Positions 1 through 13,100 of a stretch of 64,000 nucleotides of DNA are shown piece after piece. Source of the DNA: Microthyrium microscopicum (lineage: Eukaryota); NCBI GenBank assembly GCA_010405405.1, contig MU004243.1:367340-431339 (forward strand), written 5' to 3'. The translations under genes and the position numbers were made by a program. Every line of letters begins with the position of its first letter. Positions within the stretch are counted from its first letter, which is position 1. Below the pieces are notes generated by a model. The model saw only the letters and a program-made list of their open reading frames with translations, searched no databases and was not told where the DNA came from.

Positions 1-2
1 TC

Positions 3-1034
3 ATCAGTCAGGCTGGACGTAGTCTTTCTTTCTTTGATCTAGCCTCAGGCGAACGAGTTTTACATGTTTCCAATCTTACTGCTGAACCACACGAAGTCGC
101 CTACGACTCAAAGACCAAGAAACTCTACATATCCCACACATATGAGTATGGCTTTTACAACAGACATGGGGACTATGGTAATACAATTAGTGTCTTCGAC
201 ATTGAGCAGCAGATTGTATCCGGCACCATTGACATCTCACCATATCGCGGTCCGCATGGTCTGCATTTGTCATGCAACGCAGACATTCTGTTCATCAGCG
301 TTGAAGGCGGTTTTGACGGCACTTTTGGTCCTGGTGGCGTTATCGGTATCGAACTTTCGAGTGGAGATTACCAGCTCGTTAAAGCTGTAGCCAGCGTAGC
401 TCGTTCTCACTGGCTTGTTGTCTCTGAAGACGGAAAGAAAGCATATACCACCAACAAGGAACGGGAATACATCTCTGTACTGGACTTGGCTGATGAAAAG
501 CTAGCCAAGCAGATTCCAATCCCTGGCAGCGAGGACGGGGATATTTCTTCCGATGGCCGCTTTGTTTATTATCCTTTCCCAACTTTGGACCTGAAATTGA
601 CAATGCCGCTGGGAGAATTCGGTTTCAAAGTCATCGACACTAAAACAGACGAAGTCACTCGGACAATGCTGACAGATCTACCAGTCATGTCGATCAAATG
701 CACCTCAAAAGGAAAGCTCGCAGTTGGACAATACGCAACTAAAATCGATGCGATTTCCCAACAGCTTGTTCCGTTCAATGGAAAAGTGACGATTTATGAC
801 TCGCAGAGTCTAGAGGCAGAGGGCGAAGTGACAGTGGGTTTATTTCCGTTGACAATGTTAGCGAGTCTAGACGGGGACACTCTGTTTGTTGCTAATATGG
901 CTTCTGGGACCGTAGATATCATAGATATGAACGGTAAGAAGACTTTGAAGACTTTCCTTGTAGATGCTGGAGCTGGCAAAGTTGAAAACGCGCCAATATA
1001 TCAAGGGGCACATGGCATGGCATTAATAGCTTGA
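3..1034 (+). CDS. YVTN/YncE-type beta-propeller repeat protein, 5' end outside the window
   Basis: The frame is open from base 3 (ISQAGRSLSFFDLASGERV...EPHEVAYD...GPHGL) into ORF 267..1034. Repeated propeller blades (KKAYTTN..ISVLDL, GRFVY, DGDTLFVANMASGTVDIID, GAHGMALI). No intron in the visible part. Confidence 0.75.
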   Translation: MSQAGRSLSFFDLASGERVLHVSNLTAEPHEVAYDSKTKKLYISHTYEYGFYNRHGDYGNTISVFDIEQQIVSGTIDISPYRGPHGLHLSCNADILFISVEGGFDGTFGPGGVIGIELSSGDYQLVKAVASVARSHWLVVSEDGKKAYTTNKEREYISVLDLADEKLAKQIPIPGSEDGDISSDGRFVYYPFPTLDLKLTMPLGEFGFKVIDTKTDEVTRTMLTDLPVMSIKCTSKGKLAVGQYATKIDAISQQLVPFNGKVTIYDSQSLEAEGEVTVGLFPLTMLASLDGDTLFVANMASGTVDIIDMNGKKTLKTFLVDAGAGKVENAPIYQGAHGMALIA

Positions 1035-2093
1035 CGGAAGTTAAATTTGATTCCTTCTGTCACTTCGTTATTTATAGCTTAAAAATGTCATGCAATTCGT
1101 GGGTACTACTCCTTCATTGGATGCTATTGTGATCTTCAAGCTCAAGAAATTACAACCATAGCTCAGGCTAGCGCGTTCGTCAGATTCAATTCAGAAGAAA
1201 CAGTCTCTTTGCACATATTTCTGCTCTCCATGAAATGTTCTTGCTAGGAATCTTTTTTGAAGACCTCTTCAGTCATTGGTCAAGGTTCCAATAAGAGGCA
1301 ATAAAGGAAGGAACATATGCTGCCCGTGACCTTTTCTTGTAATAACACACCTAGGTAGGTAGGTATTCAACTTGCTATGTCGCTGATAGTTGAACTCTAC
1401 GTATTAGTTTCAAGTTCTTCTGTACTAAGTAATACAACCTGGACAATGGGTTTCGCCAGATTTCAAATACAATATGAACTAGAATACTACTTTGGCCTCA
1501 ACACTCGACTTAGAACATCAGGGTTTTGGTGAAGTCAGGTAAGTAGTTCAAGTTTGTAGTACGATTTGGTGTTTCGTATCGCACAGTTTCTTGAAGTAAA
1601 TAAGCGAGGTTGATTTATCGAGAATCCGTTGATTGAGTTCATGACGCCTTGAAGTTGAGAAGTTCATCCGATTACAGGCCCCCTAAGCTTTTGGTGCCCA
1701 CCGGAAGTCACTCCGCCAATGCACTTCGGACGTATCAATCAACCCTACGAGCAGTAGGCTGCAGGGAACCGGGTGAACTCCATCAAACGGGACATTATGA
1801 GCTGAGGGCGTCGATAGTAGAATGTATGATTGCTACCGCTTTTCTTTGTATTTATTGCCAGGGAAGCCCACTCGAATACTGATTTGATCATAATATCCCA
1901 CCATCTAATTCCTCATTGCACCAGTCCAGCTTGCAAGTATACCATTTGATTCATTGTTAATTCCACTGCTGGTCTTTATTTATTGCGAACCAATTGTATT
2001 CCAGGCCTCATTCCTCACCAACCAATCACATTTCAATATTGTTCAGCCTTGTCCACCCACAACTTCACTTTTTACCACTTTCTGCCCAAAATT

Positions 2094-3083
2094 ATGACGG
2101 ATACGACTTTTGAGCCCGTCCGATCCATTCCAGATCTAACTGGGCGTGTTTACTTTGTTACCGGAGGTTGGTGCTCTCTCACTGAGATGTAAATATATGA
2201 TTAACATGACAATATAGGAACAACAGGGCTTGGTGCTGGATTCATATCCTTCATTGCAGCTCAAAACCCAGCCAAGATTTTCTTCAGTGGCCGAAATAAG
2301 GCCAGAGCCGAGAAACTAATCTCCGACGTCAAGGTCATATCTCCTTCCACGAAGGTCGTTTTCATCGAGTGTGATCTCTCAAATCTTAGCACTGTTCAGC
2401 AAGCGGCCAAGCACTTTCTATCAAAATCGGATCGACTCGATGTCCTGATGTGCAATGCAGGAGTCATGGTTCTGGATCCAGCCCTCAGTGTGGATGGCTA
2501 CGAGATTCAATTTGCGACAAATCACCTTGGACACGCTCTGCTGATCAAGCTACTCCTTCCAGCAATGCTGAAAACCGCCTCGCAAAGCCCGGACTCGGAT
2601 GTGCGCATCATTAACTTGTCGTCTACAGCATATACGGCCACCCCAGGTAGTGGTATCGAGTTTGATACACTAAAGACAACCCAAGCCAGCCTCGGTCCGT
2701 TCTATGTACCTAGCAAGTTTATGCGGTATGGTCAAAGCAAGCTTGCCAACCTGCTCTATCCGATTGAGCTGGCTCGTAGACATCCAAGCATCACATCTGT
2801 TGCCGTCCATCCCGGATTTATCAGAACGGAACTGCATAGTCATGAGAACTTCATGGATCGTTGTCTTGTCAGCATGGTTTCAGGAGGCAATTGGACCCCA
2901 GTCCAAAAAGGGCCATACACACAAACATGGGCGGCAACCACAGTCAAGACAAATCTCGAGAATGGAGCTTACTATGAACCGATTGGTGTAAAAGTGGAAC
3001 CTACAACGGCACTGGCTAAAGACAAGACTTTGGCAAAAAAATTGTATGATTGGACGGAGCAGGAATTGGCAGCGTATTTTTGA
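2094..3083 (+). CDS. Short-chain dehydrogenase/reductase (retinol dehydrogenase/WWOX-like), 2 exons
   Basis: ATG at 2094. Intron 2167..2217 joins VTGG-TTGLG (TGxxxGxG). Also CNAG, QFATNHLGH, the catalytic YGQSK (YxxxK) and VHPG. Confidence 0.9.
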
Positions 3084-3805
3084 TTGAAGCTCGATTGAAC
3101 ATGTTCATGTATTGTGTTAAGACGAGACTTCTTGTAATTTGTCTTGTATTGCCAATTCTGGCCTTCAGTTCATTATTTCTAAAGAGCCATAGAGAGCAAT
3201 ATCCATTGTGCCTTGCAGCATGTATTGTTTTTAGCATTGAGTTGTGCTAATTAATCCTTGCTAGCGCAGCCTCATTGTCCAGTCTCAGCCTTGTTCATGG
3301 ATAGAAATGCGCAGCTCTTCTCCTCATTCCAATTTCAGTACACGTTCACAACCAGAACAGGATTTATAACGGAAATTTTGTATTTTCAAAAGAACTAACT
3401 TTTAGCTAGAACATGGAGTAGCAGTAAGCAAAAAAAAGGCAACGAAACCGCCCAACACCTCGCTTCTCAAGCAAAAGGTCATAATCATTATACCGTGAAC
3501 TCGTGAATTTGTGAAGGATTGTGTAAGCCGAATCGAAGACTGGTGAAGATAAGACATCTTCGACAAGTGAGAAGCGAAAAAAAAAGTGGTGAAATAGTAA
3601 ATCAACAAAACTGGCTTCCGCGAACAAACCATACAAATATGGAACATCATGGCAAGCCAACCAGTGGCTAATGGAAGGGTCTAACTTCATGAAGTATTCC
3701 AACCGCAGGAGGATGAAAAACCTTGAATCGTCAATAATTCAAAGAATAACCCAAATATAGTGCCATCCTCAATAGCACTGTAACAACATGAGAGACATGG
3801 CGAAC

Positions 3806-4772
3806 CTAGGACATTGCTTCTACCAAGCTTTCACCCAGGAGATGATTGATGATATCTTCATCTTCAATCTCGTCGACTGGGGCAATAATATCTTCCTCAG
3901 TAGGCACTATCCAAGTCTTGTCAAACGGAAATGCCTCCACGTGGCCATTCTCTTTGTAATCGACGTTGTAGCCTGGCCAGCCCGGTGGTAGACGAGGAAT
4001 AGGTGGCATGCGACGGAAACGACCCCCTTCCGTAGATAGCCGCGAATCGCCCTCCCAGACTTGTTCGTTGTGACATGGCCAGTTGGCTTGCGGATACCAT
4101 GGAACTTCTGGCTGGACACACCAAATGGTCTCTTGACAAAGCACGGCGGAGCGATTGATAGGATTGGCGATGCTGTTTTCGTTGCCAAATTTGTAGCCCG
4201 CGAAGCATGGGACGATGGGCTGACCGTATATGTTGTACTCGATCGAATCGTAGTTGGGATTCTCGGTGGGGTTGTCGGGATGGTGCTGGTTGACTGAAGG
4301 CTGGTAACGTGAACGGCCTTGAGAGCGGAGTAAAGAGTAGTCGTTGGTGCTCGTGGGACCGCTGGAAATCGAAGAAGAGTCAGACAAGGTAAGACCTTCG
4401 GTGAGGGTAGGCATCATGGCTGCTGAATGAGCAGTATAGTCGCGATGATATGGACTGAAGCCTGGTGGTGCAAACAATCCACGATAGCTTTGTACTTCGT
4501 GATGCATTTGGTACATATGCGGTTGAGTGACTGGTCCGCCATGCATAACAAGCTGGTCCAGGGAAGCTGTTGGTTGTGTGAAAGGCTGCGAATAGGCATC
4601 CTGGAGTCCGAATGGAAGTCCTCGGCCTACTTGATAAGTTTGGCCAATGTTCTGGCGACGAGAAGTTCCAGCAGCCTGCTGTTGACTGCTCTGTTGCATT
4701 TCTTGTTGAATTTCCAATACTATATCTTGCGCGCTTTCTGCGAGGTAATCAGGAAGCTGAATTGGACGGGAC
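3806..4772 (-). CDS. Hypothetical protein, Q/S/P-rich; 5' structure unresolved
   Basis: Open frame of more than 300 aa, with an intron-like segment (GTCAGT...CTGAC...CAG) at about 4773..4825 upstream. No recognisable domain, and I could not join an upstream ATG in frame. Confidence 0.4.
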
Positions 4773-5729
4773 TGTAATGGGTCAGTATGCTACAAACGGC
4801 CCACCAAGGGAGAGTGAGCACTGACCGAAGTGTTGAAGGTTGCCGCGGGTGCCTTCTTGCGGCGGCCTGGTAATACCATTTTGTTCATCTGGTTGTGATG
4901 GTGCTTGCGTGGTTGATGCAACTGGCGCTGTTGTTGGAAATTCATCATTGTCTGGAGCATGGCGAGCCTGGATATGCTGACAGAAGAGCAGTAGAGCTTT
5001 GCGGAGTTCTGAAGAGCGGGTCTGAATTACGCTGAATAGAAGTATTGAATGAGTTGTGTTGCTCTATGAGCTTTCATTGAGCCCGATTTCTCAATAGCAT
5101 GTGCGGATTGTTCTTGGAGTAGCTACCAGATGTAGAAGTAGCTAACGTGATGCAATGAGGATTGCCCCGGTTACAGAAACCAACAGTAGCGACTACGCGA
5201 TCAAGGTGATGGTAAGTTGTGTTGCTTATGAAGATGTATGAAAAGCTATTGTTCTGTGCGGGTTGAATACTAAGAGGTATCGCTCTAATATGCACGAGAA
5301 CGCATTCGCATAGAGAAACATCAGAGAGCTTAATCTGATAATGAATGAATCAATTTCTTCGTAGTCATGAACAGCAGACCAGTAGCTACATTGTATAGAC
5401 CATCAAACCGTCTCCTAAAACGGAATTTTGGAGTGAAGTTAATACCGGTCTTTGCGCCTTCCACGTGGAGTCATATACCTACGTGACTTCCTCATGGAGT
5501 TTTACCCAAAGGCGACCTACGTGCAAAGCAACCGACGACATAACCGCCTTAAAAACACCTCTGGAGCCTTGGAAGTGACTACGCTCAATATCAGGAGGCC
5601 TTTCAAGTGACAGGTGAAGTTGTAAAATTGTTAATATACCATCGCGCTCATCGTTCTATTGCAGATTCTACACAACTGCAACAACATCAAGCCTGAATCC
5701 AAAAGAACACAACCCATCCCAAATCCAAG

Positions 5730-6214
5730 ATGTTTAAACAACTCACCATCCTCCTGCTCGCTCCTCTCTTCATGCTCGCCAGCGCCGACAACGCCTGTAC
5801 CGATCCACGTTTCGATCTGGCTGTGACTGAAGCCATCCCATTCCAGGACGGAAACTCTGCCCGCCACTGTACGTCAACACTTCTTCCCATGGACCTAGAG
5901 AAGTAGCTAACGTATAACAGGGTATGTCTACGACAACAATTGCGGTCAGGTCGACTACTATAGCAACGACTGGGCTGGCTTTGGCAGTGGCCCTACTAGC
6001 AACGTGTGCACCCAATCCGTCATCTTCGGCTGTTCACCTCCTCCGGTCTTCATCAACCACTACCACAATCAGCTTTGGAACACGAACTACGAGTGTCATC
6101 GCGCAGAGCGTGCCTATACCTGCTTCGGTCGTCCGATTCAGTCATGTGTATGTTTGTTTGAGATCATTGTTTTGGAATGCGACTAACAAAAGCATGTAGT
6201 GTCGTCGTGTCTAG
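5730..6214 (+). CDS. Small secreted cysteine-rich protein (126 aa, 8 Cys), effector-like, 3 exons
   Basis: Exons 5730..5868, 5921..6147 and 6200..6214 with canonical GT..CTAAC..AG introns. Translation MFKQLTILLLAPLFMLASA-DNACTDPRFDLAVTEAIPFQDGNSARHWYVYDNNCGQVDYYSNDWAGFGSGPTSNVCTQSVIFGCSPPPVFINHYHNQLWNTNYECHRAERAYTCFGRPIQSCCRRV*. Confidence 0.85.
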
Positions 6215-6532
6215 GCTCGTGGTCGCTTGGTACTGGTGTTGCATGTTTAAGCATTGCGGTCTCCAAGCTGTGGTCGAATCATCTGTGGTTTGGTGGATGA
6301 TTGGTATCAAGGATAATAGACTCCATGTAGCTCAGCAGTAGTTGCAAGGTTGCATTAGAATCAAATACCATGTCTCAAAACAATCCCATCAAAGCAGGCT
6401 ACAGGAGCGAGGAGCACTAGACTCAATGGCTTTTATTTAGTGATACTGATCTTAGGTAAGAGAGCCATTTATCGTTGTCAGAAACATTTATAGTCATCAA
6501 ACAGAGAGAGGAAGTACAGCAATACCCACGCC

Positions 6533-9500
6533 TCATTCATATTCACCGCTGCGACGACGCCCATGATGACGGCGTCTCTTCTCCTCATCAGAATCATCAT
6601 TGTCAGAATCACGCCGTTGGTGATGCTCTCGACGACCATGATGTTCCTCACGCTCAGATTCACGTCCATAGCCGGAATTGCCACCATAGCCACCGCTTTC
6701 TTCACGACCGTAAGACTCCTGCTGGCGTTCTTGACGACCGTAGCCACTGCTTTCTTGACCGTAAGACTCCTGCTGACGTTCCTGGCGACCATAGCTTGAT
6801 TCTTGTTGGCGGCCGTAGCCAGAGTTTCCACCATAGCCACCGCTTTCCTCACGACCGTAAGACTCCTGCTGGCGTTCTTGGCGACCGTAGCTTTCTTGAC
6901 CGTAGCCTGATTCTTGCTCGCGACCGTAGCTTGATTCCTGTTGACGACCGTAATTGCCGCCCTGATTATCATCGTCATCGCGACGGCCGTGGTGTCTACA
7001 ATATGTTAGCTTGCTGCATTCCATGTGATTGCACTGAACACTTACAGGCCACCGTGCTGCTCCGTCCGTGTTTCTGTCTGATACTGTCCACCAGTTTGGT
7101 ACTGTGTTTGCTCCGTCGTCTGATATCCACTCTGCGTGGGGCGCGTATTGGTGGTATGGGTGTAGCCATAACCACCGGACTGGCCAGAGTTGCCATCTTG
7201 CTCGTAGCGACTGAACTCAGTTCGCTGTCCACCGTCTGGATACTCGGTTTTCTTGTACTCAGCCTGGCCATAAGCACCTTGAGTGCGGCCTGTTTCGGCA
7301 TAGGTTGTCGTGCGGCCACCAGTACTTGAATCGTAGCTCTGGTTCTGATAGCTTTGTTTCTGGACATTATCGTCATCGTCGTCGCCACCACCGAGTCCAC
7401 CAAGCAATGAGCCACCTACACCACCCAAGACGCCGCCGAGGATTCCACCGAGAGCTCCACCACCAACCGCTTCACTAGCGAACTTGCCAATATCGTTGGA
7501 GGAACTACCGGTACGTCCACCACCGAACCCCTGTCCTCCTCCACTGCTACCACCGACAGCCTCACTAAGACCTTGCTGAAGACCACTATAAAGAGCGCCA
7601 GCCAGGGCGTTGTTGCCACCACTGCCTCCGCCCATACCAGCAAAGCTGAGTGGCTTGCCACAGCCGTGACCCTTGTCATGCACGCCTTCTTTGTGATTGC
7701 GGCCTTGGAGAACACCATCGCGGCTGAGTTTCTGGCGGAAGTCTTGCTTTTCGCGGTCGTCCTTTTCTTGCCACCATTTACCGACGACGTCAAACATCTG
7801 CGTGCGGCAGTCACGAGCGCCATCATCGCCTTGCTCGCGAAGAGCTGGGTGATGGAAGACACCGTTGATGATACGATTGATTGTGCGATCAGCATCAGCG
7901 CGAGGGTCGTCCCAGCATTCGACGATTTGCGGAATGGCCCATTTCAAGATCTGGCTAGCTGTCTTTCCCGCAGGCTCGTTGAGAATGTTGCTGAAATGAT
8001 CCTTGGAGAGCATGGAATGTGTTGGATCGCTGCAGTTGTCGTCGTTGAAGACAATGTGCTGAGCCTTTTGACTACTCTCGATAATTTCTGAAGAGCCGGT
8101 GGAGAGCTCAGCTTTGATTTGGCCAATGATAGGTAGGATAAAGGGAGCAATAACGGAGAAACAGAAGATGCTGATCTGGTTCTGCAATTCTTCGATCAGA
8201 TCGGGCAGAACAGGTATTTTCTCAATCATCTCGGTGATATTACGCATAAGCTCGTCATGGAATTCCAGGACTGGGCGAACTTGTTGTGTAATCATGTCCA
8301 TTTGACGAGTAAACTCTTCTGGTTGTTTTGGTGCTACAACACCTGGTTAGTACTTTTTCTAGTTATGGGAGATTCGACTAACTTATTCGGACATTCTGCA
8401 TTTGAGAAGAGGCAGCATTCATTTGGATCTCATCAACTTTGGATTTTGAATCATCACCACCAAATAGACCTGGAGGTAGCTGGTCCAGAAGTTCCTTGAT
8501 CTTGCTAACATTTTGGTTACGTTGGGCCTCATTGATAGAGCCCTCAAGCTCATCAATCTCGCTTTGGGTGGCCTTGTCTGAGAGTTCACCGCAAACGGAG
8601 TGCAAAAAGTCAACGCCGCCGAATGTTCCCGTGATGATAGGAAAGATTGCATTTCGGGCTCCTCGAACTTGTAACTGCGTACGTCTTCCTACCGATAATC
8701 AGCTCAAATGTACGTCTGGTAATGAATTCAAATGTCTAAAGCGGAAATCAAGGGGTATGATTATGAAAGTAAAAATGGCAAAATACGTACCGACATGTGG
8801 GAAAACATCGCGCTCGCCCATTTCAATCAAGCAGAGCTCGACGTAGTTGGAATGCGCGGCATAATCTTCCATACAATGAGTAGCAGTACCAAGTAGACGC
8901 AAGGCCTCAAAGAACTGGGAATCATCCTTGTTTCGTGATCGTCGAGCAAGGTCGATGCAGCGGTGGAGCAAGTTCCGAACCATACCAGCCGATGTGGTGA
9001 TGCCACGGTCTTCAGAAGCGATGTACACCTTTAGGCCAGTTCGCTCGTCGATGGCAAGTTCGCGGCGCTCATCCACGGGGCCACGCAGGCGGGTATCATA
9101 TTGGCGAGCGTCGAGATTGTCAGCATAGTCCTTGGGATTGTCGATGTGCTCCTCCGGGCGGTAGCAACCCAGGCGTTCAGAGGTGACTTCGAACTCGCGG
9201 GTACCGTAACCAAAGCTCATGAAGCCAAGAACCCAAAGTAGAAGGCGGATGGCTTCCGCGCTGACATATTTGACGGTACCCACGTCGACGGCCTGGGAGT
9301 AGTCGCGGAGCCAATTACCGAAATAGACGCGTTTGACATCTGTTTTGCTGAACTTGCGGCCACCACCAATGCGAGTGATGAAGAGACCAAGTAGTGTATC
9401 TTCAATGTCGCCATGACGCCAATTGGAACCTTCAATGCGGGCAGTGGATGCAATGTTTCCAGCACCAAAGGCGTCAACGGGGTTGATGAGGACGAGGCAT

Positions 9501-9550
9501 ACGACAACGGCACATAGCCAGAACAGAGTAGAGCTCCTCTCTGAAGCCAT
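6533..9550 (-). CDS. het-c: Heterokaryon incompatibility HET-C family protein with Gly-rich and repeat-rich C terminus, 4 exons
   Basis: Signal peptide followed by AFGAGNIAS, WRHGDIED, VYFGNWLRDYSQAVD, RPEEHIDNPKDY, HCMEDYAAHSNYVE and DPTHSMLSKDHF. Exons about 9550..8791, 8688..8383, 8333..7046 and 6995..6533. Confidence 0.93.
6660..6960 (-). repeat. Coding imperfect tandem repeats (YGRQERQQES / SYGREESGGYGGNSG) in the het-c last exon
   Basis: A block of about 64 nt (CCACCATAGCCACCGCTTTC...GACCGTAGC) occurs at about 6681 and about 6828, together with many shorter GACCGTAG/GACCGTAA units. Confidence 0.85.
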
Positions 9551-11150
9551 GATACGAGGCTCACTTCGGATTCTGATAATGGAGGGGTAAATTTCTTCAA
9601 AGTGCTACAAAACGTCAGTGCTTCATCAGCGGGTCCTTCTGATATTGGCGTCTGCTTACAAAATCTTGGGTGAAGGCGGAGAGGTAGGAGCTGAACAGGA
9701 TATCAAAGTAGTCAAGTATCGAGTCAAGAAGGTTTTGAACCAAAAATATAGCTTGTTTTAGGTGTAGGAGGGGAGAATTGAAGGAGAGTTGGTGGGATGG
9801 CGGGATGGATGGGCAAAGCTTCTGCATCTCAGCCTTGGCGACAACGTTTGTTGCCTTTTTGTGGTGTTGCCAAGAAGGCAGGTCTTACCCCTTATATGAT
9901 CCATGATCACCAACTGTACCACCACCTTGGGTGACCCTCGACCCACCCCTTTTACTACCTGGCGTGCCTGGGTAGGTACGGTACGGTATCGCAGGTACTT
10001 TATCCTGAGCCATTGGCAAGTATCGTGGACCACATTACCTTTTTATCGTCCTCTGGCTACTAGTTTTGAGTGCAATCGGCTACCATAACTCCCTCTTTTA
10101 CCAACAGGTACCAAAGGACTTCTATTGGCGATCCATGACCGCTTCCTTTACATGTCGATGATAGGTTGTACTCAGCATTTGATGTAACGAGTTGGATCAA
10201 TACTGCCACCAGTCCGCAGCATGGTCGACTTTCTCATGGGCCATGTGGTTGACAAGAGGAAAGGGGAGGCCTTCATATTCAAAGACGCCAATTCAATAAA
10301 GATACATTTAATGTCTACACTGCCCATTTCCAGGTAGTAAGGTACCTCTGGTGTACGTTCCATCAAAATCGCCAGTCCAGTCTAGCCAATCACGCACGTG
10401 TCGCACTGCCATATCTACACCTGCAGGCTACCACCAGGCTGAGCCTCTGCGGCTGACATCAAGATCTCTCTCAACTCTTCAACAGCTATGTTAGGTACCT
10501 ATCTTCAACTATTTTCTTGAGCGGCCAATTAGCACCGAATTATGAGAAGCCCACACTCGGTAGAGAAAATGGAATATTAAATCGACCTATAATCTGAACG
10601 TCATCATCTGAAGGTTCAGCTGCACCCTTGATGACTGCAGGACGCCCATTAGAGGTAACGTTACAAGGTGAAGCACAAAGCTGAGAGAAACAGCTTGCAT
10701 GATCAAACCTGTACCAATGTTAGCAGAAAACGGACGCAGTATCCGAGCTTCTTTGCAGAGAGGCCGGCCAATTTCGATTATCGTCAGCTATAGTACCCAA
10801 TCGACACATATTAGTCTGTTGGTGGTTTGAACCACCAATTGCGAGAGACCAGTAATGTCTCGTGAATACCTATCCTCCTAGCGGACTAGGAAAAGCGGTG
10901 CGAGGCTTAATGAACATGCCAGGATGTGCAAGAAACCCGGATTCAGCTGGTAACGAAAGAATCACTTTTACAAAGGCAATCATTTAGCGTGCACCACCAT
11001 GCAGAGCAGTTGAGTAAGTTCGTTGACTTGGACAGTGGGCACAGAATGTAATACATGGCTAAGCCTAAGTGAAAGGCAAGCAGTCTAATAGCTTGTCAAA
11101 TATTTCCCCCCATCTCTTCGAATCTGCTTTCCATTTTTCCAGTCAGCAAA

Positions 11151-12846
11151 ATGCGTTCCATCGGCTTTCTGGTTGTCTTCGCGAGGCTGGTACAGCGAGT
11201 ATCATCTCAGGCCCTTACAGCCTGGTATACCAGTATTGGACCGCAGATTATCTGGCAAAATGCATCATCGGGAGATATACTCTATTCCACCAATATAGGC
11301 AGTGGTACTGCAGGCGGGTTCACACAATGGGCTAAACTTCCGTTGACCTTTCCACCCAAAAACGGAACTGCTCTTGCCTCTACTGGTTTTACAGGAGGAA
11401 ATGGAAACTTATATGTAAGTGAATTTCACATCAGCCTCACCACCGATGGACAAGATACACTGGCGTGGCCCTATCAGCTCTATTTGATCCCGTCAGTTAC
11501 ATCCTATCATTGAGTGTTTTATGTCTGCAGAAGACGTTCCGATCTGAACGTTTCATCGATCGCAATGGAAATCATAGCATCTCTTGATTAGTAGCGATGG
11601 TGAGAACCATTGCCGTTGATGGGAGGGCTCCATTCATTATGTCAGCCTTTTCACTTGGCTCTTTTTGTCTGACTCAATGAACTAGGGACAACTCTTCTAC
11701 TTTTCCGCATCGGGAAGGATAGTTGAGGCTGCAACAGAGTGCGTTCTTTCGACTGGCGTTTGTAATTTACAAGGGATATATGTCATCTCCAACGCTGTAA
11801 CGACCGGGATTGACAACTCTACTGGGCTGTCCGCATCGATCCGATCCGCGAGTGATGGGTACAGGGTCTTCTATCATGATACTCTTGGAAGAACACGGAT
11901 GTTGAACTATAGCGGCCCTAAGAATATCACTTGGGGTGATGGAGCGTCTGTCATTGACTCAACGACGAAGAGTCCATTGGCGCTGGCAACAGATGGCGGC
12001 AACAATATTACTACATATGCGGTTGTCAACAACGGCTCAATGTTCGCTGCGACACTCAGGTCGGATAACACATGGCAAGCCTGTAGGTTATAACGCTTGG
12101 GTTTGAACGGATTGCAAGCTCACAAGAATGCAGTAGGATCGCCAAAGGATCTTCCCGCTTGGTCGCCCGCAAATGTCAGCCTCGCAGCCGCAGATTCTGC
12201 AAACAGTTCACTAAGATACGTATACTACATTGGCACTGACCGCGTCCTCCACGAAATCGCTTCCAACGATACTGGCCTAACATGGACCGTCGCTGCTTCT
12301 CCGAGCACTGGCAGTTTCCCCTTGGCTGACGAGCCCAACGCTAGATTTGCAGCTGCGAGCACAGATAACACTGGCACAACGACCAGCTTCTTCTACATTT
12401 CTGGAGGAAGTCTAATCCAAGCCGTTAAAGATAGTGGGAATTGGCGCGCGGCAAGTACAGTCTTCACCAACTTAGACGGGACCGCGATCTCAAATGCAAC
12501 GACCAGACCCTCCGCGTCCGCGTCCGGGCCCGCAAATTCAAGCCCTTCTGGTCGTGCTGCAAAAATCGGGGCAGGTATCGGTATTGGTCTGGGCATACCT
12601 ATTCTAGCCGCCGTTGCGGGTTTTGCTCTGCTGCGTTCGAGGCGTCGTAACAAAGATCTAACTGAGCAAACTATGAAGAAAGATGCGATTGACGAAGCTC
12701 CACCGTATGCCCGTGAGAAGGCAGCGCAAGAGATGGATAGTCCACCTGTAGTGTATGAGCTGCACGGCCCACCTCCAGTCCATGAACTTGGTGATGATCA
12801 TGAGTACGAGCTACCAGGAGAGCCGATACAAGGCGATGGCGTTTGA
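11151..12846 (+). CDS. Type I membrane protein with a fungal fucose-lectin-like propeller ectodomain, TM helix and ELxG-type cytosolic tail, 3 exons
   Basis: Signal peptide. Exons about 11151..11414, 11686..12081 and 12134..12846. Lectin-propeller-like strands (PPKNGTALA, YRVFYHD, LRYVYYIGTDRVLHE), S/T linker, TM IGAGIGIGLGIPILAAVAGFALL-RSRRR, tail YELHG/HELG/YELPG. Confidence 0.7.
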
Positions 12847-13100
12847 TTTGATTGAGACGGAAGCGCGAAGGCGAGATAATAATTATCATGCACGCAGATT
12901 TTTTGCTTATTGAATTGGATATCGCACCTTTCATGTAATTATGATCGATGGACGTCACAAGGCATGATAATTTTAGTTGCATGTAGGTACTAACTAATCC
13001 AAGTGTGCTCGTTCATCGTTATGGGTATCTATATCCAAATCATTCCCTATCCAAACGCCATAGAAAGCCTCAAGAGCTTTGAGTTACTCTCTTTAACAAC

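Noticed and set aside
6475..7329. 284-aa plus-strand His/Asp/Arg-rich ORF and other overlapping ORFs
   Set aside because: Antisense and alternate-frame shadows of the repetitive het-c 3' exons.
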